DNA of 57,642 nt from an uncultured Candidatus Saccharibacteria bacterium (lineage in GTDB: Bacteria > Patescibacteriota > Minisyncoccia > Portnoybacterales > UBA2143), in the NCBI GenBank assembly GCA_964594155.1, contig CAZQLH010000004.1, positions 1 through 57,642 of the forward strand, given 5' to 3'. The notes below the pieces were generated by a model that was not told the origin of the DNA, did not search any database, and saw only the letters and a list, made by a program, of their open reading frames with translations. Shown piece by piece: positions 28,119-37,016 of the stretch. The position numbers were made by a program, and so were the translations under genes. Positions within the stretch are counted from its first letter, which is position 1, and each line of letters opens with the position of its first letter.

Positions 28119-28286
28119 ATGAAATTAAAAGAATTTATTCAAAAATTAAAAAGAATAGCAAAAAAACATGGAGATGATGCAAAAGTTATTATGGCTGATA
28201 ATATTCCAGCGGTTAATCCTGTTTTTTCAGAAGAATATCCAAACAAAAAGAATGTGATTATAACAGATGAAGAAGAAAAAAATTAG
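28119..28286 (+). CDS. 55-aa hypothetical protein (not in ORF track)
   Basis: MKLKEFIQKLKRIAKKHGDDAKVIMADNIPAVNPVFSEEYPNKKNVIITDEEEKN; fills the gap, 4 nt after the upstream stop. Confidence 0.55.
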   Translation: MKLKEFIQKLKRIAKKHGDDAKVIMADNIPAVNPVFSEEYPNKKNVIITDEEEKN

Positions 28287-28324
28287 AATATAAAAAGAAA
28301 AAACGTCGCCAAAGAACAAAACTA

Positions 28325-29299
28325 ATGAACATTATTGAAGTAAAAAACTTAACTAAAGAATTTAATGGCCTGATTGCAGTTAATCAGGTTTCTTTTAACG
28401 TTAAAAAAGGAGAGATATTTGGTTTTTTAGGTCCTAATGGAGCAGGTAAATCCACCGTTATTAACATGCTTTCAACTCTTTTAACTCCAACTAAAGGAGG
28501 AGCATTAGTAAATAATTTTAATATTCTTTCTCAAAGAAATGAAGTTAGAAAATCTATTGGTTTAGTATTTCAAGATTCTTCTTTAGATGATCGTTTAACA
28601 GCTGAAGAAAATCTTCGTTTTCATGCCAAGCTTTACCAGGTTCCTAAGGCAGATTATGAGGATAGAATAGAAGAAGTATTGAAATTAGTTGATTTATGGG
28701 ATCGTAAGAAAGATATCATTAAAACATTTTCTGGAGGAATGAAGCGAAGATTAGAAATTGCTCGTGGATTTATTCATTATCCTAAAATGCTTTTTTTAGA
28801 TGAACCAACTTTAGGACTTGATCCTCAAACACGCAATCATTTATGGGAATACATTTTAAAACTTAAAAAAGAGCATCAAATGACTATATTCATGACTACC
28901 CATTATATGAATGAAGCAGAGTATTGCGATCGTATAGGAATTATTGATTATGGAAAGCTTGTTGTTTTAGATACTCCAGCTAATCTTAAAAAACAAGTAG
29001 GCGGGGATATTATTAGAATGAAGGGTCAAGATAATGAATCCCTTAAAAAAGAATTAGTTAGGAGGTATAAGAGGGAAGTTAAACAAGAAAATGAATTTCT
29101 TCAATTAGAAGTTGAAAATGGAGAAGAGTTTATGCCTTGTCTTTTTAATGAATTAGATTCTAAAATTAATTCTATTGAATTAAGAAAGCCAACCCTTGAT
29201 GATGTGTTTCTTAAATTAACCGGTCATGCTATTAGAGAGGAAAAAGGAACATTTAAAGATCGTATGCGCGGGCATATGCGCGTAAGGGGGCCTAAATAA
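28325..29299 (+). CDS. ABC exporter ATP-binding subunit (DrrA-like)
   Basis: GPNGAGKS, FSGGMKRRLEIA, LDEPTLGLDP and MTTHYMNEAE. Confidence 0.9.
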   Translation: MNIIEVKNLTKEFNGLIAVNQVSFNVKKGEIFGFLGPNGAGKSTVINMLSTLLTPTKGGALVNNFNILSQRNEVRKSIGLVFQDSSLDDRLTAEENLRFHAKLYQVPKADYEDRIEEVLKLVDLWDRKKDIIKTFSGGMKRRLEIARGFIHYPKMLFLDEPTLGLDPQTRNHLWEYILKLKKEHQMTIFMTTHYMNEAEYCDRIGIIDYGKLVVLDTPANLKKQVGGDIIRMKGQDNESLKKELVRRYKREVKQENEFLQLEVENGEEFMPCLFNELDSKINSIELRKPTLDDVFLKLTGHAIREEKGTFKDRMRGHMRVRGPK

Positions 29300-29300
29300 G

Positions 29301-30083
29301 ATGGATTTTATACAAGCAGTTATTACAATTTGGCATAGAGAAGTAATTCGCTATCTTAGAGATAAGATAAGGATTGTTTCAACCTTTTTTCAGCCTTTAA
29401 TGTTTTTATTAATTTTTGGCATAGGCCTTCAGGAAACATTAGCTGATGGTAATTTTAGCATGGATTTTATTCAATTCATGTATCCAGGCATTATTGCAAT
29501 TAATGTCATGGGAGTTGCTTTTTTTGCTACAATTTCTACTGTTTGGGATAGGGAATTTGGCTTTCTTAAGGAAATATTAGTTGCCCCTATTTCAAGACTT
29601 TCTATTGTTATTGGAAAGATATTAGGGGCTACTACTGTTGCTGTATTTCAAGCATTAATTCTTTTAATTATTGCTCCTTTTGTTGGTATTAATCTTAGTT
29701 TAATGATTGTTTTAAAGCTTTTCTTTTTTATGGCTCTTTTAGCCTTTTCTATTTCATGTTTAAGTTTGTTAATTGCTTCTTTAATGACTACTATGGAAAG
29801 CTTTGGCCTTATAATGCAGCTTCTTATCTTTCCAATGTTTTTCCTTTCAGGAGCTTTTTTCCCACTTACAGCTGTGCCTTTATGGATGACAGCGCTTTCA
29901 AAGATAAATCCATTAACTTATGGAGTTGATGCTTTTAGGCAGATTATTCTTGGTCCTCAGGTTTCTGCAGAAGTGATTAACAGTGTTGCTTTGCATTCTA
30001 TTTCTGCAAATACATTGTTTCTGATCATTTTCTCCTTTATAATGGTTACAATAGCAGTATTAACTTTTGAAAGGAATAGTTAA
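29301..30083 (+). CDS. ABC-2 type permease
   Basis: 6 TM; DREFGFLKEILVAPISR, FPMFFLSGAFFP and NPLTYGVD. Confidence 0.9.
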   Translation: MDFIQAVITIWHREVIRYLRDKIRIVSTFFQPLMFLLIFGIGLQETLADGNFSMDFIQFMYPGIIAINVMGVAFFATISTVWDREFGFLKEILVAPISRLSIVIGKILGATTVAVFQALILLIIAPFVGINLSLMIVLKLFFFMALLAFSISCLSLLIASLMTTMESFGLIMQLLIFPMFFLSGAFFPLTAVPLWMTALSKINPLTYGVDAFRQIILGPQVSAEVINSVALHSISANTLFLIIFSFIMVTIAVLTFERNS

Positions 30084-30087
30084 AAAT
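30029..30087 (+). repeat. 59-bp perfect direct repeat, left copy (3' end of permease)
   Basis: Identical to 31406-31464, checked base by base. Confidence 0.95.
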
Positions 30088-30119
30088 AGAATAGATTTAT
30101 GGTTTGTGGATAAAAAGTA

Positions 30120-30148
30120 TTGACAACCGTTATTTTTTGTAATATTAT
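30120..30148 (+). promoter_or_regulatory. Sigma70 promoter of the cassette small RNA
   Basis: TTGACA, 17 bp, TATTAT; predicted +1 about 30155, the first base of the RNA closing stem. Confidence 0.7.
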
Positions 30149-30154
30149 AGCAGT

Positions 30155-30245
30155 GTGCTTGTGGGCGAAAGCCCCGTTCAGCCAAGGATTCTCCTAAGCT
30201 GAAGGCAAGCACAACAAAGATACCGCTTTTGAGCGGTGTTTTTGT
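30155..30245 (+). ncRNA. Putative ~90-nt three-way-junction RNA ending in an intrinsic terminator
   Basis: Stems GTGCTTG/CAAGCAC, GGGC-GAAA-GCCC, TTCAGC/GCTGAA with inner AGGA/TCCT; terminator ATACCGCT-TTTG-AGCGGTGT-TTTT. Confidence 0.6.
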
Positions 30246-30284
30246 TTATTTACATTTTGTTTAAAAAATGAGAAGATATTATAT

Positions 30285-30746
30285 ATGGAGGATGTAAAGT
30301 ATTTTAATGAAAAAAAGAAGAAGGCAAGAGAATTATATAATAAGCAAAAAGATGTTTATAATCCTTATTTAGAAAGCCAGGTTGTTTTTAATTCTGATGG
30401 TTTTCATCATTTACAATTTTCAGCAAGAAGAGAAAGAAACAAGAAAGAACAAATTCTTAAATTTAATCTTTTGTTATTAGCTATTAAGGTTATTAAAAAA
30501 TCAGGCACTCTTCAGGAATATAGGAAAGATTTATTAGCCATAGGTAAAAAATCAAAAGATGGATTAAGGAAAACAAAAGAAGTTCAATATTGGGGATTTG
30601 TTGCTATTATTGGTAGTCCAAGCATTAAGATTAGAGTAATATTAAGAAGAGTTGGTGATGGTAATATTATTTTCTGGAGTGTTTTACCCGATTCTAATCT
30701 TAAAAAAGGACAAAAGCTATATACTCAAGGAATTAAAGACGAATAA
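30285..30746 (+). CDS. Putative BECR-fold (PBECR/RelE-like) ribonuclease
   Basis: V.FNSDGFHHL..S...R...EQ..K..LL..A..VI...G..QE...YW.F.A...I.V.VI.R.VG.G...FWSV.P; fold assigned from memory of similar CPR proteins. Confidence 0.55.
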   Translation: MEDVKYFNEKKKKARELYNKQKDVYNPYLESQVVFNSDGFHHLQFSARRERNKKEQILKFNLLLLAIKVIKKSGTLQEYRKDLLAIGKKSKDGLRKTKEVQYWGFVAIIGSPSIKIRVILRRVGDGNIIFWSVLPDSNLKKGQKLYTQGIKDE

Positions 30747-30750
30747 ATAT

Positions 30751-31401
30751 ATGAAAATTACTAAATATCCTCAATCATGTTTTCTAATTAAATATAATGG
30801 GATGAATATTTTAATTGATCCTGGAACTTATGTTTTTAACTTAATGAATATTAATCCAAGTGATTTTAGAAACATTGATATTGTGTTATTGACTCATGAA
30901 CATTCAGATCATACATATCCAGAAGCATTAAAAGAAATTTATCAAAATAATAAATGTCCTATTATTTGTAATAAACCGGTTTATGACATTTTGCAAAAAG
31001 AATTAGTTCCATCTGAAGTTTTAAAGTATGGCGATATTAATGAAATTAAGGGAGTGAAAATAAAAGGCACTAAGTCAACGCATGGCGATTTGCCGTCGGG
31101 TAAGCTAAAGCCAGAAGTGATTGGATTTTTGATTGATAATAAAATTTATCATCCAGGAGACACAGTTTATCTTAAAGAAAAGCCGTATGCAGATGTTGTA
31201 TTTGTGCCTATTTGTGGAACAGTAGTTATGGATGCGGCCCATGCTGTTAAATTTGTGAAAGACATAAATCCTAAGTTAGTCATACCAATGCATTACGATA
31301 ATCCAAGCTATTCTCAAGATACTAAGAGTTTTGTTAATCTTATAAAAGAAAATTCTTTGAATGTTAAGGTTTTGGAATTTGGTGAAAGTATTGAGTTTTA
31401 A
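30751..31401 (+). CDS. Metallo-beta-lactamase fold hydrolase (UlaG/YtkL-like)
   Basis: QSCFLIK, IDPG, THEHSDH (HxHxDH), YHPGDT and IPMHY; start moved to ATG 30751. Confidence 0.88.
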   Translation: MKITKYPQSCFLIKYNGMNILIDPGTYVFNLMNINPSDFRNIDIVLLTHEHSDHTYPEALKEIYQNNKCPIICNKPVYDILQKELVPSEVLKYGDINEIKGVKIKGTKSTHGDLPSGKLKPEVIGFLIDNKIYHPGDTVYLKEKPYADVVFVPICGTVVMDAAHAVKFVKDINPKLVIPMHYDNPSYSQDTKSFVNLIKENSLNVKVLEFGESIEF

Positions 31402-31405
31402 AAAC

Positions 31406-31464
31406 TTTCTCCTTTATAATGGTTACAATAGCAGTATTAACTTTTGAAAGGAATAGTTAAAAAT
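31406..31464 (+). repeat. 59-bp perfect direct repeat, right copy
   Basis: Identical to 30029-30087; ends 1 nt before the FKBP ATG. Confidence 0.95.
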
Positions 31465-31465
31465 T

Positions 31466-31963
31466 ATGAAAAACATTATCTCAACAATTATTATTTTAGC
31501 GGTTATTGCAGCTGGCTTTTATCTTCTTTCTCAGCTAACTGGAAAAGATGAAATTAAAGGAGTGAATTTTGAAGCAAATGAAGTTCAAAATCAGGAAACT
31601 CCAGCAGATAGCTCCCAGCAAGGAATTAAAAAAGTTACAGAATTAGCAGCTGAAATTGTAAAAGAGGGTACTGGCCAGGAAGCTAAGAATGGCGATAAAG
31701 TAACTGTTCACTATGTAGGAGTTTTAGAAGATGGAACTAAATTTGATTCTAGCTTAGATAGAAATCAGCCTTTTACTTTTGATTTAGGAGCTGGCCAAGT
31801 GATTCAGGGCTGGGATTTAGGCGTAGTTGGAATGAAAATAGGGGAAGCAAGAATGCTGTACATTCCATCAGAATTTGGCTATGGAGAAACAGGCACTCCA
31901 GGAGGCCCTATTCCTCCTAATGCAAACCTTATTTTTCAAGTAGAGTTATTAGGAATAGAATAA
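31466..31963 (+). CDS. FKBP-type peptidyl-prolyl isomerase with N-terminal anchor
   Basis: [34 protein letters not shown] and YG......IPPNA.LIF.VEL. Confidence 0.93.
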   Translation: MKNIISTIIILAVIAAGFYLLSQLTGKDEIKGVNFEANEVQNQETPADSSQQGIKKVTELAAEIVKEGTGQEAKNGDKVTVHYVGVLEDGTKFDSSLDRNQPFTFDLGAGQVIQGWDLGVVGMKIGEARMLYIPSEFGYGETGTPGGPIPPNANLIFQVELLGIE

Positions 31964-31970
31964 AAATACA

Positions 31971-33563
31971 ATGAAAAAGAAAAAAGCTTTTCAAGTTATT
32001 GTTTTGATTTTTTTGCTGGCTTGGTATGGCTTTTTTTTATTACACAAAATTGATTTAACCACAGCTGATTTAGGACGTCATATTAAAAACGGAGAAATGG
32101 CCTTAAAAGGAGATTTTGGGATTTTAGGATCTAATTTTTATTCATATACAGAGCCGGATTTTCCAGTCGTTAATCATCATTGGGCCAGCGGAGTAATCTT
32201 TTATTTTATTTGGAAAATAGCTGGTTTTACTGGCCTTTCTTTTTTTTATTTTATCTTGAGCTTGTTTATTTTTTACTTATTTTTTCGCTTAGCTGAAAAA
32301 GAGTCCAGTTTTAATATTGCTGCTTTTGTTTCTTTGTTAGTTATTCCTTTAATTGCCCAAAGAACTGAAATCAGGCCAGAGATATTCAGTTATCTTTTTA
32401 TGGCTTTGTTTTTTTGGATTCTTTGGCATTGGCAAAATGGAAAATTAGACAGCAAATGGCTTTTTATATTGCCAGCTTTAGAGTTTTTTTGGGTTAATAC
32501 TCATATCTATTTTGTTTTTGGCTTTGGTTTAATAGGATTGTTTTGGCTAAAAAGCGTTTTTAAGACTTTTCTTGTAAAGAAAAGAATATCTTTAACGCTT
32601 TCAAAGGTATTAGCTTTAACTGTTTTAGCAGCTTTAATTAATCCTTTTACCTGGAAAGGATTAATTTATCCTTTTAATATTTTCAGGAATTATGGTTATC
32701 GGATTGTGGAAAATCAATCAATTTGGTTTTTGGAGAATTTAGGCATTATTAACAATCCTAATCTGCTTCTTTTTAAGATTGTTTTCATAATTCTTGTTTT
32801 AAGCTTTGTTTTGGTTTTAATAAAGAATCGCGAGTCGTTTTCCCCGACGTCCTTTGAGTCGGGATCCCGACCTTGCGTCGGGACATTCATTTATTTCTGC
32901 TTAGCGATTCTTTTTAGTATTATGGGCTGGTTTGCTATTCGCAATTTCACAATTTTTGGTCTTTTTGCTTTGTTAATAATCTGTTTTAATATTAAAAATG
33001 GATTAGGAGAAAAGATTAAAATCAGGTCTTTTAATATTAAATTAACTTTTGTTTTTTTATGCTTAGCTATTTTTTTAATTGGTTTTACAGTTTATTCTCA
33101 AAAGCTTCCTTTGAATAAACATATGCTTGGTTTTGGATTAGTGCCAGAAAATAATAAGTCAGCTGAATTTTTTAAGGAAAAAAATATTCAAGGGCCTGTG
33201 TTTAATAATTATGATATTGGCGGCTATCTAATCTTTCATCTTTATCCTCAAGAAAAGGTTTTTACTGATAATCGGCCAGAAGCCTATTCAGTTTCTTTTT
33301 TTGAAGATATATATATTCCTGCCCAGCAAAATGATTCTGTTTGGCAGGAACAAATGGAAAAGCATAATTTTAACAGCATTTTCTTTATGCACAGGGATTA
33401 CACTCCCTGGGGACAAAGGTTTTTAATTGAACGAGTTAAAGATCCTGATTGGGCAGTAGTCTATTACGACTCCTTTGCCATTATTTTTCTCAAAAGAAAT
33501 GATTTAAACCAGTCAGTTATTAAAGATTATGAGATTCCTCAATCATATTTTAGAACTTATTAA
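31971..33563 (+). CDS. Multi-pass membrane protein (GT-C-like, uncharacterised)
   Basis: DLGRHI..G, WVNHHW-like, RPEIFS, WVNTH, INPF, FNNYDIGGYLI and DNRPEAY; about 11 hydrophobic segments. Confidence 0.6.
   Translation: MKKKKAFQVIVLIFLLAWYGFFLLHKIDLTTADLGRHIKNGEMALKGDFGILGSNFYSYTEPDFPVVNHHWASGVIFYFIWKIAGFTGLSFFYFILSLFIFYLFFRLAEKESSFNIAAFVSLLVIPLIAQRTEIRPEIFSYLFMALFFWILWHWQNGKLDSKWLFILPALEFFWVNTHIYFVFGFGLIGLFWLKSVFKTFLVKKRISLTLSKVLALTVLAALINPFTWKGLIYPFNIFRNYGYRIVENQSIWFLENLGIINNPNLLLFKIVFIILVLSFVLVLIKNRESFSPTSFESGSRPCVGTFIYFCLAILFSIMGWFAIRNFTIFGLFALLIICFNIKNGLGEKIKIRSFNIKLTFVFLCLAIFLIGFTVYSQKLPLNKHMLGFGLVPENNKSAEFFKEKNIQGPVFNNYDIGGYLIFHLYPQEKVFTDNRPEAYSVSFFEDIYIPAQQNDSVWQEQMEKHNFNSIFFMHRDYTPWGQRFLIERVKDPDWAVVYYDSFAIIFLKRNDLNQSVIKDYEIPQSYFRTY
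32841..32884. repeat. 44-bp double-hairpin CCCGAC element, in-frame
   Basis: 37/44 identical to the reverse complement of 37996-38039. Confidence 0.85.
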
Positions 33564-33566
33564 TCT

Positions 33567-33595
33567 TTGACAATTAAGATATTTCTTGGTAATAT
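33567..33595 (+). promoter_or_regulatory. Sigma70 promoter of iscS (leaderless geometry)
   Basis: TTGACA, 17 bp, TGnTAATAT; ATG 6 nt downstream. Confidence 0.65.
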
Positions 33596-33601
33596 ATTGT
33601 A

Positions 33602-34783
33602 ATGAAGAAAAAAGAAATTTATCTTGATAATTCAGCTACAACATCGGTTGACCCGGCTGTTTTTAAAAAAATGCAGCCGTATTTTTATCAAGAATACGGC
33701 AATCCTTCATCTGTTCATAAGTTAGGCGAAAGATCCCGTAAAGCAATGGAAAAAGCTCGCGAACAATCAGCTGATTTTTTAAATTGCCTTGATGAAGAAA
33801 TATATTTTACTGCTGGAGCAACTGAAAGCAATAATTGGCTGATTTACGGAGTAATTGATAAAATCGCGGAAGAGGGTTCAGTTAAGCCGCATATTATCAT
33901 TTCTGCTTTTGAGCATAAGTCAGTTATTGAGCCAGCAAAGAATTTAGAAAAGAATGACTTGGCTGAGCTAACTCTTTTGACAGTTAGCAAAGATGGATTG
34001 GTTGAATTAGAAGTTCTAAAAAAAGCAATTAAGAAAAATACCAGATTGATTTCAATAATGTATGCTAATAATGAAGTGGGTACTGTTCAGCCGATTAGAG
34101 AAATAGGCAAGCTAATTAAAGAAATTAATCAGAAAAGAAAACATAAAATCATTTTCCACACTGACGCAGTTCAGGCAATTAATTACCTTGATTGCAATGT
34201 TGATTCCCTGGGAATAGACGCCTTATCTCTTTCCAGCCATAAGATTTACGGGCCTAAAGGAGTAGGCATCTTATACCTTAAAAAAGGAATACAAATTAAT
34301 CCTTTAATTCAAGGAGGCGGGCAGGAAAGAAATATGAGATCAGGCACAGAGAATATAGCAGGCATAGTTGGCTTGGGCCAAGCATTAAAAAGAATTAAGT
34401 CTTTAGATTCTAATCAAAGCATTAAAAAATTAAGGAACAAATTAATCACTGGTATTTTAAAAGATATTCCTGATTCGCAGGTAAATGGTTCCATGGAATA
34501 TCGTTTGCCTAATAATGCTCATATTAGCTTTAAGGGAGCAGAAGGCGAAAGCATTGTTATGGCTTTATCGCAGAAAGGCATTTTTGCTTCTACTGCTTCA
34601 GCTTGCGCCAGTCGTTCTCTAAAACCTTCCTATGTCCTATTAGCCATTGGCTTATCTCCAGAACAAGCTCATTGCAGCGTTCGTTTTTCTTTGGGCAGAT
34701 GGACAACTAATCAAGATATAGAATATGTTTTAAAGATTCTGTCAGATATTATTAAAAGATTAAGGAAAATATCAGGGAAATAA
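33602..34783 (+). CDS. iscS: Cysteine desulfurase
   Basis: YLDNSATT, GNPSS.H, AGATESNN, EH.SV, ANNEVG, HTDAVQA, SSHKIYGPKG, RSGTEN and STASAC. Confidence 0.93.
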   Translation: MKKKEIYLDNSATTSVDPAVFKKMQPYFYQEYGNPSSVHKLGERSRKAMEKAREQSADFLNCLDEEIYFTAGATESNNWLIYGVIDKIAEEGSVKPHIIISAFEHKSVIEPAKNLEKNDLAELTLLTVSKDGLVELEVLKKAIKKNTRLISIMYANNEVGTVQPIREIGKLIKEINQKRKHKIIFHTDAVQAINYLDCNVDSLGIDALSLSSHKIYGPKGVGILYLKKGIQINPLIQGGGQERNMRSGTENIAGIVGLGQALKRIKSLDSNQSIKKLRNKLITGILKDIPDSQVNGSMEYRLPNNAHISFKGAEGESIVMALSQKGIFASTASACASRSLKPSYVLLAIGLSPEQAHCSVRFSLGRWTTNQDIEYVLKILSDIIKRLRKISGK

Positions 34784-34787
34784 AAAT

Positions 34788-36308
34788 ATGTATACTAAAA
34801 AAGTTATTGATCACTTTCAAAAACCTAAGAATATGGGTAAGATGAAAAACCCAGATATTGTATCTGAGGTTGGTAATCCAACCTGCTTACTTCCTAGTGA
34901 AAAAGTTTTCCTTAACCCTGAATTTACAGCAATAAAAAACACAGATAAGAAAGATTTGATTTTTTCTCATGATGCTTCAAGAAATAAAATTATTGGTAAA
35001 AGTTCAAGAAATTACAAAGGAAAAATAATTGAGTTTAAGAATGCCTTGGGTAAAATATCTTTAACACCAGAACATCTTATTTATGCTTTAAAACTTCCTA
35101 AGCATTCTAAGTATTTTAGGATAAAACATAAACAAGAATTAATTCCTGCTTGGTATCATGCAGAATATTTAAAAAAAAGAGATGTAGTCCTTTATCCTAT
35201 TTCTAAAGAAGTAAGAGATATAAAATATATTGAAATTGATATTTCTAAGAAAAAGTTCGATTTTAAAAGCATTGATATTCCTAAAAAAGTTAAATTGAAT
35301 TCTGAGTTATTAAGATTATTTGGCTATTTTTTAAGTGAAGGCAATATTCAAGATAAACCTAGTAAAACATATATTTCGTTTAGTTTGAATATAAAAGAAG
35401 AAGATATAGTAGAAGATATTAAAAAAACATCTAAAAGATTATTTGGATTAGATGTAAAAATAAAGGAAATTCCAGAAAGAAAAGTAGTTAGAGTATTTAT
35501 TTATAATGCTCAATTAGCAAGATTTTTTAAACAATTATTTGGAAATGGCGCAGAGCATAAAAAAATTCCTGATTTTATTATGACTCTTCCTTTAGGTAAG
35601 CAAAAATCATTAATAAAGGGATTTTGGAAAGGCGATGGTTATATTAATTTGGATAGGATTGGATCAAGAGCTGGATATGCAACAATTTCATATCATTTAG
35701 CTCAACAAATAAAACTACTTTTAATAAGGCAAAAAATTATCCCTTCAATATATGAAGAAAAAGAAAAAGAAGTCAATGGAGTAAAACATAAAAAAGCTTA
35801 TAGAATACATGTAGGACATAGAGATTCATTGAAAAAGTTGTGTAAGATTTTAGGAATAAAATATTATTCCAATAGTTCTTATAAAGCAACTATTTCTTGG
35901 TTTGATAATAAATTTTTATACACCCCTATAACTAAAATAAGCAAAAGAAATTATAAAGGAAAAGTCTATAATTTAGAAGTTGAAAATACACATTCTTTTT
36001 TATCAGAAGCTTTTGCGCTTCATAATTGCGGCGATACAATGCGCCTTTATCTTAAAATTAAGGATAATATAATAAAAGACATTTCTTTTGAAACAATGGG
36101 TTGCGTAGCAGTCATATCAACTTCATCAATGATTACTGAAATGGCTAAAGGTAAAACACTTGATCAAGCAATGAAAATTTCATATAATGATGTAGCTGAA
36201 GAATTGGGCAAGTTGCCGCCTATTAAAATGCATTGCGCTGGCTTAGCAGTAGAAGCTTTGCAAAAAGCAATTAAAAATTATGGCTGTTCCAAAACAAAGA
36301 CACACTAA
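34788..36308 (+). CDS. iscU: Fe-S scaffold IscU/NifU interrupted by an intein (125-aa extein)
   Basis: YTKKVIDHFQKPKNMG...GNPT | CGD.M.LYLKI...F.T.GC..AI.TSS...K.HC..LA; downstream of iscS. Confidence 0.92.
   Translation: MYTKKVIDHFQKPKNMGKMKNPDIVSEVGNPTCLLPSEKVFLNPEFTAIKNTDKKDLIFSHDASRNKIIGKSSRNYKGKIIEFKNALGKISLTPEHLIYALKLPKHSKYFRIKHKQELIPAWYHAEYLKKRDVVLYPISKEVRDIKYIEIDISKKKFDFKSIDIPKKVKLNSELLRLFGYFLSEGNIQDKPSKTYISFSLNIKEEDIVEDIKKTSKRLFGLDVKIKEIPERKVVRVFIYNAQLARFFKQLFGNGAEHKKIPDFIMTLPLGKQKSLIKGFWKGDGYINLDRIGSRAGYATISYHLAQQIKLLLIRQKIIPSIYEEKEKEVNGVKHKKAYRIHVGHRDSLKKLCKILGIKYYSNSSYKATISWFDNKFLYTPITKISKRNYKGKVYNLEVENTHSFLSEAFALHNCGDTMRLYLKIKDNIIKDISFETMGCVAVISTSSMITEMAKGKTLDQAMKISYNDVAEELGKLPPIKMHCAGLAVEALQKAIKNYGCSKTKTH
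34884..36026 (+). mobile_element. 381-aa intein with LAGLIDADG homing endonuclease
   Basis: Starts CLLP (C1), block B LTPEH, LFGYFLSEG and IKGFWKGDG motifs, block F VYNLEV, ends LHN followed by Cys+1. Confidence 0.93.
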
Positions 36309-36561
36309 ATCAAGAAGAAATAAAAGACGTTCACACCATGCTTTGAAAAAGAAAGCGCTTTTTACTTGTCCAAAATGCAAAGAACTTGTTTTGCCTCATC
36401 GGCTTTGTCAAAGCTGCGGAACTTATGCTGGTCGAGAAATAATTGATGTTTTATCTAAATTAAATAAAAAAGAGCGGAAGAAAAGAGAAAAAGAAATGGC
36501 TGAGCAGGAAAAAGAACAGGTTAAAGAAAAAGAATTAAGCATGCAAGAACTTTCAAAATAA
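36280..36561 (+). CDS. rpmF: 50S ribosomal protein L32
   Basis: [23 protein letters not shown]...PHR.C..CG.Y; charged C-terminal extension. Confidence 0.95.
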   Translation: MAVPKQRHTKSRRNKRRSHHALKKKALFTCPKCKELVLPHRLCQSCGTYAGREIIDVLSKLNKKERKKREKEMAEQEKEQVKEKELSMQELSK

Positions 36562-36574
36562 TAAACTTATAATT

Positions 36575-37012
36575 ATGGCTAATCGTCACTTATCCCGTTC
36601 CATTGCCATGCAATCTCTTTATGAGTGGGATTTTAAAGGAAAAGATCCTGCTAAACTAAAAGAGTTTGTTGATAAGAATATTAAGGAATTTGGCCCAGGC
36701 ATAGAAGAAAGCGATTTTATCTGGCAAATAGTTAATGGTGTTATTGAAAATCTTGCCAAGTTAGACAAAATTATTGAAAAATCTGCTCCTGAATGGCCTT
36801 TGGACCAAATTACTATTGTTGATCGCAATGTTTTAAGAATCGGCCTTTACGAACTTCTTTTTGCAGACCGCAAAGAAGTTCCTCCTAAAGTAGCTATTAA
36901 CGAAGCTATTGAATTAGCCAAATCTTTTGGCGGCGAATCATCAAGCAAATTTATTAATGGAGTTTTAGGAACAGTTTATCGGGAAATTGGCGAACCAGGC
37001 AAAGACGAATAA
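36575..37012 (+). CDS. nusB: Transcription antitermination factor NusB
   Basis: [33 protein letters not shown] and FINGVLG. Confidence 0.93.
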   Translation: MANRHLSRSIAMQSLYEWDFKGKDPAKLKEFVDKNIKEFGPGIEESDFIWQIVNGVIENLAKLDKIIEKSAPEWPLDQITIVDRNVLRIGLYELLFADRKEVPPKVAINEAIELAKSFGGESSSKFINGVLGTVYREIGEPGKDE

Positions 37013-37016
37013 ATCA

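Larger units (their letters stand above)
30088..31464. mobile_element. Inserted 1.3-kb cassette bounded by att-like direct repeats, no recombinase
   Basis: The duplicated permease 3' end restores the permease-FKBP junction downstream; cargo is promoter, small RNA, nuclease-like ORF and MBL hydrolase. Confidence 0.65.

Noticed and set aside
24671-28324. attL/attR duplication of the tRNA-Gln 3' end
   Set aside because: No second copy seen after the island; GGTTCGAGT at 24685 echoes a T-loop but has no pairing stem. No integrase present.
30029-30087. 59-bp repeat as an integron attC (59-base element)
   Set aside because: Length is coincidental; it is a direct copy of coding sequence without the inverted RYYYAAC/GTTRRRY structure.
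30155-30212. Hammerhead ribozyme or a known riboswitch
   Set aside because: No CUGANGA core and no aptamer consensus I recognise; left as an unknown RNA.
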